The notes beneath the pieces were generated by a model. It saw nothing but the letters and a program-made list of their open reading frames with translations. It did not search any database and was not told the origin of the DNA. A stretch of DNA of 64,000 bases from Bacteroidota bacterium. GTDB taxonomy: Bacteria > Bacteroidota > Bacteroidia > Bacteroidales > JAAUTT01. This document shows positions 58,176-64,000 of the stretch, piece by piece. A program made the position numbers and the translations under genes. Where the stretch lies: the NCBI GenBank assembly GCA_020048915.1, contig JAIFLU010000074.1, positions 4,148 to 68,147 on the forward strand, in the 5' to 3' direction. Position 1 is the stretch's first letter; every line of letters starts with the position of its first letter.

Positions 58176-60077
58176 ATGAAAAAATCAATTATTTCCCTAT
58201 TCCTGCTGTCGTTTGCGGTTTCAGGATATTCAAAAGTCTGGAAGCTTTCAAACACAAATCTGGACGTCAGCTTCGACGACCAAACGGCATTACTCACCAT
58301 TACCGACAAGCGCTGCAATAAAGTTTGGCGGCAATCGGCCTTTAGGGATCAGCTTATGGTAAAAAAGACTGTCCAAAAGGACAATACTTTGACTGTAAAT
58401 CTTATGGGCAAATTCCCTTTTTCGGCAACTTATACGCTCAATAATAATCAGGCTTTGGAAGTGGTTATCACAGCCGATGAAAAACTTGAGATCGGCGAAT
58501 TTACTTTTCCATCGGCATTCGAACACCCTGATAAAAACCATTACCTGCTGATGACCGACAGCGAAGGCCTGCTGCTCCCTGTCGACGACCAGGAATTTCC
58601 CATGAGCAATGAGCGGACATTCTTTTGTGGAGGCGGTTTGGCCATGGCATGGATGGGAGAGGTGGATCACGAGTTCAAAACTGGCTACATGGCATTACTC
58701 GAAACGCCTTACGATGTTTCGATGCGAACCCGCCGCGAAAACGGACAGGTGCTGTTCGAGCCCATGTGGTTGCCCTCCATGGAGAAATTTGGCTATAACC
58801 GCAGAGTGACATATCACTTTTTCGATAAAGGGGGGTATGTTGCGCAATGCAAACTTTACCGCAATTATATTTGGAAGAAAAACTACATCACCACGCTTCG
58901 CGAAAAACAGAATCGTTTTCCTGCCATAGAAAAGATGATGGGTTCGGTTCATATTTATGTATGGGACAAAGCCCGAGAAATAGAATTCGCTCGGGAGCTG
59001 AAAAAAGAAGGCATCGAAAAAGCAATGATCCTTTGGGACGCCAATCATACTCCATATCCTGAAATTGGGTACGACAACAAACTCAAAGAATTGGGCTTTG
59101 CAACCGGCGGATATGAGTTATTTACCGACCTGAAAACAAAGGACACTGCTTATTACGAAACCAATCCGAATGGTCCGTTGCGCTTTGCTCATGCCGTTTA
59201 TCCCGGAAAATTCAATCAGTTGGCAGCTCGGAAAAGCGATAGCAAAACCTATTTCAACCAGTTTGGCCACACTACCTGTCCTGTGGCTATCCGGCCTGAA
59301 ATAGACAGGAAAGTTGAAAGCAAACTCAAAGAATTTCCACACGAAACTTATTTTTTAGATGTGTACCAAGCCAATGGCACCTTTGAATGTTTTTCGAAAG
59401 ATCACCCCATAACCAGGGAGCAGTTTGCCCAGGAGGTGATTAAAAACCACCAGATTATGGAAGAGAAATATGGTCAATATATTGGGGGTGAATGGGGTGC
59501 CGATTTTGCCAATGCCCACGTTGCCTATGTGCACGGTATGATGACCTTGCAACGCACCTGGTGGGGATCAGGAATCGAAAAGGAAGGCACGATATACTAT
59601 ACCGGCGACTGGCGAAGCAATCCGAGGCCTACTCAAATGGTCGGCACTCGTGTGGCAAATGATAAATACCTGAAATATTCCATCAACGAGTACACCCGTA
59701 TTCCGCTTTACGAACTGGTTTATCACGACGCTGTTGTTACGTCGTGGCGCTGGGAAGACGGAAATCATCACACCCCCGAAATCTGGTGGAAAAAGGATCT
59801 TTTCAATATGCTTTACGGAAACGCTCCCTTGTGGAGCGTGGATCGCGAACGCTGGGACGAATACAAATTCACTTTTATCGAAAGTTATAAAAAAGTGTGC
59901 CCCTGGCTCCAACAAATTGGCTACGATGAGCTGGTGTCGCACCGTTTTGTGAGCAACGACCACAAAGTGCAGGAATCGGTATTTTCTTCTGGGAAAAAGA
60001 TATTGGTTAATTTTGGCGATACTGATTTTTCGTACCAGGGAAAAAATATTAAAGCAAAAGGTTTTATCTTTCAGTAA
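58176..60077 (+). CDS. Secreted protein of unknown family, presumed glycoside hydrolase by context
   Basis: Signal peptide, 633 aa, between the beta-helix and GH3 genes. I cannot match it to a CAZy family by eye. Confidence 0.4.
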   Translation: MKKSIISLFLLSFAVSGYSKVWKLSNTNLDVSFDDQTALLTITDKRCNKVWRQSAFRDQLMVKKTVQKDNTLTVNLMGKFPFSATYTLNNNQALEVVITADEKLEIGEFTFPSAFEHPDKNHYLLMTDSEGLLLPVDDQEFPMSNERTFFCGGGLAMAWMGEVDHEFKTGYMALLETPYDVSMRTRRENGQVLFEPMWLPSMEKFGYNRRVTYHFFDKGGYVAQCKLYRNYIWKKNYITTLREKQNRFPAIEKMMGSVHIYVWDKAREIEFARELKKEGIEKAMILWDANHTPYPEIGYDNKLKELGFATGGYELFTDLKTKDTAYYETNPNGPLRFAHAVYPGKFNQLAARKSDSKTYFNQFGHTTCPVAIRPEIDRKVESKLKEFPHETYFLDVYQANGTFECFSKDHPITREQFAQEVIKNHQIMEEKYGQYIGGEWGADFANAHVAYVHGMMTLQRTWWGSGIEKEGTIYYTGDWRSNPRPTQMVGTRVANDKYLKYSINEYTRIPLYELVYHDAVVTSWRWEDGNHHTPEIWWKKDLFNMLYGNAPLWSVDRERWDEYKFTFIESYKKVCPWLQQIGYDELVSHRFVSNDHKVQESVFSSGKKILVNFGDTDFSYQGKNIKAKGFIFQ

Positions 60078-60126
60078 TAATTAATCACTCATTAATTAAG
60101 AATAACAAATACAAGCAAAACAATTT

Positions 60127-62739
60127 ATGAACAAGAAACTTTATAAAACTTTCTGTGGATTAATGACCTTGATCTTATTCCTCAGCTTTTCATGCTCTCA
60201 GAAGAAAACTTATCAGTATCCTTTCCAGGATCCTTCCTTATCCTTTGAGGAACGTGCTGAAAATATTGTCTCCCTGCTCACTATCGATGAGAAGGTTCAG
60301 CAAATGGTAAACAATGCCCCAGCTATCGACAGGTTGGGCATACCGGCTTACAACTGGTGGAACGAAACGTTGCACGGAGTTGCCCGCAGTCCGTATCCGG
60401 TTACTTCATATCCACAGGCCATTGCCATGGCGGCTACCTGGGATACAGCTTCACTTCGCATCATGGCCGATTATAGTGCAATCGAGGGTCGTGCCATTTT
60501 CAACGATTCCCGAAAAAAAGGGAAAACCGGCATTTATCTTGGACTAACTTACTGGACCCCCAATATCAATATTTTCAGAGATCCACGCTGGGGGCGCGGT
60601 CAGGAGACTTATGGCGAAGATCCATTTCTCACCGGTAGTCTTGGGAAAGCTTTTGTACTAGGATTGGAAGGTACTGACCCCAAATATCTGAAGGCATCGG
60701 CCTGTGCCAAACATTTTGCCGTGCACAGCGGCCCGGAATGGAACCGTAACACCTACGATGCACGCGTTTCGGACTACGACCTGTGGGATACTTACCTCCC
60801 TGCCTTCCGTGACCTGATTGTGGATGCCAAAGTGAGCGGAGTCATGTGTGCCTACAATCGCTTCGAAGGTAAGCCTTGTTGTGGTAGCGATAAGCTGATG
60901 ATGGATATTTTGCGTAACCAATGGGGATTTACAGGCTATGTAACTTCCGACTGCGGCGGTATTGGTAATTTCTGGCGTACCCATAAAACACACCCTTCCC
61001 AGGAAAGTGCCGCAGCAGACGCAGTGCTCAATGGAACGGATTGTGAATGCGCAGGAAATCCAACATACGCGGCTTTACATAAAGCAATTGCCGATGGTTT
61101 ACTTACCGAAAAAGATCTCGACACTTCCTTAAAAAGGCTATTCATAATTCGCCTTCGTCTGGGCATGTTCGATCCCGACGAGATGGTGCCGTTTGCAAAA
61201 ATCGACTCTTCGGCACTCGAAGCCAAAGAGCATAAGGCGCATGCACTCAAAATGGCGCAGCAGTCGATTGTTCTGTTGAAAAATGAAGGAAACCTGCTGC
61301 CTTTGGATAAATCGAAGAAAATTGCTGTTGTTGGCCCCAATGCCCATGATGAAGCGGTAATGCTTGCAAACTATTATGGATACCCCAGCGAAGTTACAAC
61401 TTTGCTCGAAGGTATCGCTGCTAAACTTGACAGGTACGTGATGTACGAAAAAGGTATAAATCTGGTCGACAACAATGTTTTCAAATCGGTATACCGAAGC
61501 AGTTGGCTCAAATTCAGCGGGGAAGAAGGCTTCCAGGCTGAATATTTTACCAATACCAGGTTTGAAGGAAAACCTGCATTTGTGCGCACCGAGAAAAAAA
61601 TTGACTACCGCTGGGGCGATGGAGAACAAATTGCCGACAGCGTTATTGCCCGGAACATGGGTGTTCGCTATACCAGCACTTTTACTCCGGAAATTTCAGG
61701 CGATATAACCTTCGAACTCAATGGCGACGACCGTTGCCGTTTGTTGATTGATGGCGAAAACCGAATCGAAGTTGACTCAAAGGGTGGCTACTACACGTTG
61801 AAAGCCGAAAAGGGCAGAGCTTACCAAGTGGTGCTCGAATATTGGCAATATGCTGATAATGCTGAAGTGAAATTCGACATGGGCAATTTCGAAAAAGCAA
61901 CCCCTCAAACCATCGCTTCGCGGGTAAGCGATGCGGATGTAATTATCTTTGCCGGCGGTATTTCTGCTAAACTCGAAGGCGAGGAAATGAAAGTTGAAAT
62001 CGAAGGTTTCCATGGTGGAGACCGCACCAATATTGCACTCCCGAAAGTCCAGACAGAACTCCTCAAAGCTTTGAAAGCTACCGGAAAACCTGTTGTTTTT
62101 GTAAACATGTCGGGAAGCGCCATTGGTTTTGAATGGGAAGCTGCTAACATCCCTGCAATTGTTCAGGCATGGTATGGCGGACAAGCAGGTGGCCAGGCAA
62201 TTGCCGATATTCTTTTTGGAGATTATAACCCTGCCGGACGTTTGCCGGTCACTTTTTACAAAAATGTAAAAGATCTTCCGGATTTTGAGGATTACAGCAT
62301 GGAGAACAGAACATACCGTTACTTTAAAGGCGATGTGCTGTATCCGTTTGGATTTGGCTTAAGCTATACATCCTTTAAATATGAAAATCTTGAACTTCCG
62401 GCTTCGCCAAAAGCAGATACCGACATGGAGGTGAAAGTGAATGTTTCCAATACCGGTAAAATGGATGGCGAAGAAGTGGCTCAACTTTATATCTCTCATA
62501 AAGATGTGGCAGGAAGAACTCCCATAAAGGCTTTGAAAGGGTTCCGGCGGATTCACCTGAAAGCAGGCGAAACAAAAACAGTTGTATTTACTGTGAAAGC
62601 CAAAGATCTTGCAACTGTTGGTAGCGACGGGAAACCGATTCCTGCAAAAGGGAATGTTGAATTTTCAGTTGGTGGTATGCAACCAACGGCAAAGCTTGTA
62701 TCTGAAGGCAAGGCGGTGCTTAAAAGCATTACCCTTTAG
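60127..62739 (+). CDS. GH3 beta-glucosidase/beta-xylosidase with inserted PA14 domain and Fn3-like C-terminus
   Basis: Lipobox. WNETLHGV, KHFAVHSGPE, nucleophile context GYVTSDCGG, and a PA14-like segment GFQAEYFTNTRFEGKP...YTSTFTP. 870 aa. Confidence 0.9.
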   Translation: MNKKLYKTFCGLMTLILFLSFSCSQKKTYQYPFQDPSLSFEERAENIVSLLTIDEKVQQMVNNAPAIDRLGIPAYNWWNETLHGVARSPYPVTSYPQAIAMAATWDTASLRIMADYSAIEGRAIFNDSRKKGKTGIYLGLTYWTPNINIFRDPRWGRGQETYGEDPFLTGSLGKAFVLGLEGTDPKYLKASACAKHFAVHSGPEWNRNTYDARVSDYDLWDTYLPAFRDLIVDAKVSGVMCAYNRFEGKPCCGSDKLMMDILRNQWGFTGYVTSDCGGIGNFWRTHKTHPSQESAAADAVLNGTDCECAGNPTYAALHKAIADGLLTEKDLDTSLKRLFIIRLRLGMFDPDEMVPFAKIDSSALEAKEHKAHALKMAQQSIVLLKNEGNLLPLDKSKKIAVVGPNAHDEAVMLANYYGYPSEVTTLLEGIAAKLDRYVMYEKGINLVDNNVFKSVYRSSWLKFSGEEGFQAEYFTNTRFEGKPAFVRTEKKIDYRWGDGEQIADSVIARNMGVRYTSTFTPEISGDITFELNGDDRCRLLIDGENRIEVDSKGGYYTLKAEKGRAYQVVLEYWQYADNAEVKFDMGNFEKATPQTIASRVSDADVIIFAGGISAKLEGEEMKVEIEGFHGGDRTNIALPKVQTELLKALKATGKPVVFVNMSGSAIGFEWEAANIPAIVQAWYGGQAGGQAIADILFGDYNPAGRLPVTFYKNVKDLPDFEDYSMENRTYRYFKGDVLYPFGFGLSYTSFKYENLELPASPKADTDMEVKVNVSNTGKMDGEEVAQLYISHKDVAGRTPIKALKGFRRIHLKAGETKTVVFTVKAKDLATVGSDGKPIPAKGNVEFSVGGMQPTAKLVSEGKAVLKSITL

Positions 62740-62745
62740 TTAATT

Positions 62746-62869
62746 AGTGTCAGCAAGAAAACGCCAATTTTTTCGTTACGCTTGCCAGAAAATTGCTCAT
62801 TTACGAAAAGTAAACTCCGCTTTTTCTGGCTTCGCAAGCCTCAAAATTGACGTTTTCTTATCCGACACT
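62746..62869. repeat. Long imperfect palindromic (REP/MITE-like) element
   Basis: Outer arms agtgtcagcaagaaaacgccaatttt and aaaattgacgttttcttatccgacact. Inner arms gcttgccagaaaa and ttttctggcttcgcaagc. Confidence 0.7.
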
Positions 62870-62949
62870 GAATTTTTTGGCAATCACTACTTAACGAGGA
62901 GGGGTTTCATTGCAAACACAGATACGCTTAAAAACAAATACACATTGGT

Positions 62950-63789
62950 ATGAAACTCATTTCGATTCTATTGCTGTTGCCTTCCATTTGTTTTTCACAA
63001 AGTATCACTGGCTGGAAAGCCAATTTTCCTCGTAAAACAGAATTTCCGGCGGTAATTCCACCAGCAAAAAATGTATGGGTTTTTCTGATGGCCGGACAGT
63101 CGAACATGGCTGGCCGCGGATTTGTGGAACCTCAGGATACCGTTCCCGATTATCGGATATTGTCAATCAATGCACAGGGCGATATCATTTTGGCCAAGGA
63201 ACCACTTCACTTTTATGAACCGACAATGACCGGGCTCGATTGTGGCCTATCGTTTGCCCGCACCTTACTGAAAGAGATTCCCGATTCCGTTTCAATCATA
63301 GTCATTCCTGCTGCGGTTGGAGGAAGCTCGGTTGATCAATGGCTAGGCGATTCACTTTTCCGCCAGGTGAAGCTTTTAACTAATTTCAGGGAAAAAGTGA
63401 AATTGGCCCTGAAGTATGGAGATGTGAAGGGTATTCTTTGGCACCAGGGCGAGAGCGATTCCAAACCAGCCCTGATCAAAACCTACGAAGAAAAGCTCAG
63501 CCGATTGTTCAAACAATTCAGGGAATATGCCCAAAAGCCCGATTTGCCCATCTTTTTAGGCGAAGTTGGATTGTTTGCCGATGATTCGACCAATAAAAAA
63601 CAGATGAATGAAACCATCCGGCATTTTGCTACTTCGAACTCCGGTATTTTTCTTATTTCCACAGATGATTTCACTCACAAAGGAGATAAGCTGCATTTCA
63701 ATTCAGTCTCTCAACGGAAAATGGGAGAGAGGATGGCCGAAGAATTTCTGAAATTCGGAAGGAGGCCTGTTATAAATTCAAAAAAATAA
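62950..63789 (+). CDS. SASA-domain (sialate O-acetylesterase-like, DUF303) carbohydrate esterase
   Basis: Signal peptide, GQSNMAGRG catalytic-serine motif and WHQGESD. Confidence 0.8.
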   Translation: MKLISILLLLPSICFSQSITGWKANFPRKTEFPAVIPPAKNVWVFLMAGQSNMAGRGFVEPQDTVPDYRILSINAQGDIILAKEPLHFYEPTMTGLDCGLSFARTLLKEIPDSVSIIVIPAAVGGSSVDQWLGDSLFRQVKLLTNFREKVKLALKYGDVKGILWHQGESDSKPALIKTYEEKLSRLFKQFREYAQKPDLPIFLGEVGLFADDSTNKKQMNETIRHFATSNSGIFLISTDDFTHKGDKLHFNSVSQRKMGERMAEEFLKFGRRPVINSKK

Positions 63790-63892
63790 AATTAAATTTT
63801 CAAGAATGAAAAAGCTCATTGCTTTAGCTGCCCTGTTCTCAATTGTACCGGCGGAGTTTTAAGTAATATCCTGGTAATTGCCCGATTTATTC

Positions 63893-64000
63893 ATATGCAG
63901 ACTCTCTCTTTTCGCCGATTTCTTTCCATTGAGGAAGCACGGTGCGAATAAACTCAGCCTTTTCGGCATTCAGTTTCGGCATATCTAATCCAATATATTG
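63893..64000 (-). CDS. 3-prime end of an unidentified minus-strand CDS continuing beyond the window
   Basis: Open frame from the window edge: ...QYIGLDMPKLNAEKAEFIRTVLPQWKEIGEKRESAYE-stop. No family recognised. Confidence 0.3.

Noticed and set aside
60658-62575. Multiple minus-strand ORFs inside the GH3 gene
   Set aside because: They are shadow ORFs opposite a GH3 sequence with canonical motifs.
62747-62953. 68-aa ORF between GH3 and the esterase gene
   Set aside because: It is translated from a long palindromic repeat and has no signal of selection or domain.
1-64000. Search for tRNA, rRNA, tmRNA, CRISPR arrays, transposases, integrases and classical defence genes (restriction-modification, Cas, abortive-infection NTPases)
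   Set aside because: None was recognised by eye in any intergenic region or ORF. This is a visual scan only and should be confirmed with tRNAscan-SE, Infernal, and DefenseFinder or PADLOC.

Overview
The window looks like a Bacteroidota (Bacteroidia-like) chromosomal segment, judged from gene order, lipoprotein signal peptides and TAnnTTTG-type promoter boxes. It holds about 55 protein-coding genes. By eye I found no rRNA, tRNA, CRISPR array, transposase or integrase.

Layout:
- 1-6.8 kb, accessory-looking. A very AT-rich three-gene cassette (exported trypsin-like lipoprotein, DUF3667 zinc-ribbon membrane protein, 2-TM peptide) is bracketed by two roughly 320-bp non-coding direct repeats. It is followed by an ECF sigma factor, a small OM beta-barrel, a BlaI/BlaR1-TonB pair and an exported ABM-domain lipoprotein.
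- 7-13.6 kb, housekeeping: dedA, coaX, an OM barrel, lptC-like, ppiD-like, yqeY.
- 13.6-29.1 kb, minus strand: a complete Bacteroidota-type dcw cluster, mraZ-rsmH-ftsL-ftsI-murE-mraY-murD-ftsW-murG-murC-ftsQ-ftsA-ftsZ. Four 10-bp-phased MraZ boxes lie upstream of mraZ.
- 29.2-41.2 kb: a glsA/glsB-like N-acyl-amino-acid lipid gene pair, a hydrolase, alkaline phosphatase, purF, SPOR and LEA_2 lipoproteins, an HEXXH lipoprotein, an orphan response regulator and a PHP phosphoesterase.
- 41.6-63.8 kb: an AraC-associated, comparatively GC-rich carbohydrate locus. Cytoplasmic enzymes: FGGY kinase, COG4091-like dehydrogenase, Zn-ADH, VOC protein, FucI-family isomerase, HAD hydrolase and a DUF4432-like protein. 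Exported enzymes: two GH140/DUF4038-like proteins, a TIM-barrel isomerase, a double thioredoxin-fold lipoprotein, a beta-helix protein, an unassignable 633-aa protein, GH3 with PA14, and a SASA esterase. No SusC/SusD or any transporter is visible.

I cannot demonstrate a new system from sequence alone. The two best candidates are:
- the repeat-bracketed, compositionally foreign cassette at the left edge, which could be an integron/rAID-like cassette boundary or an undescribed structured RNA;
- the rare-sugar catabolic module linked to the GH140-like enzymes.
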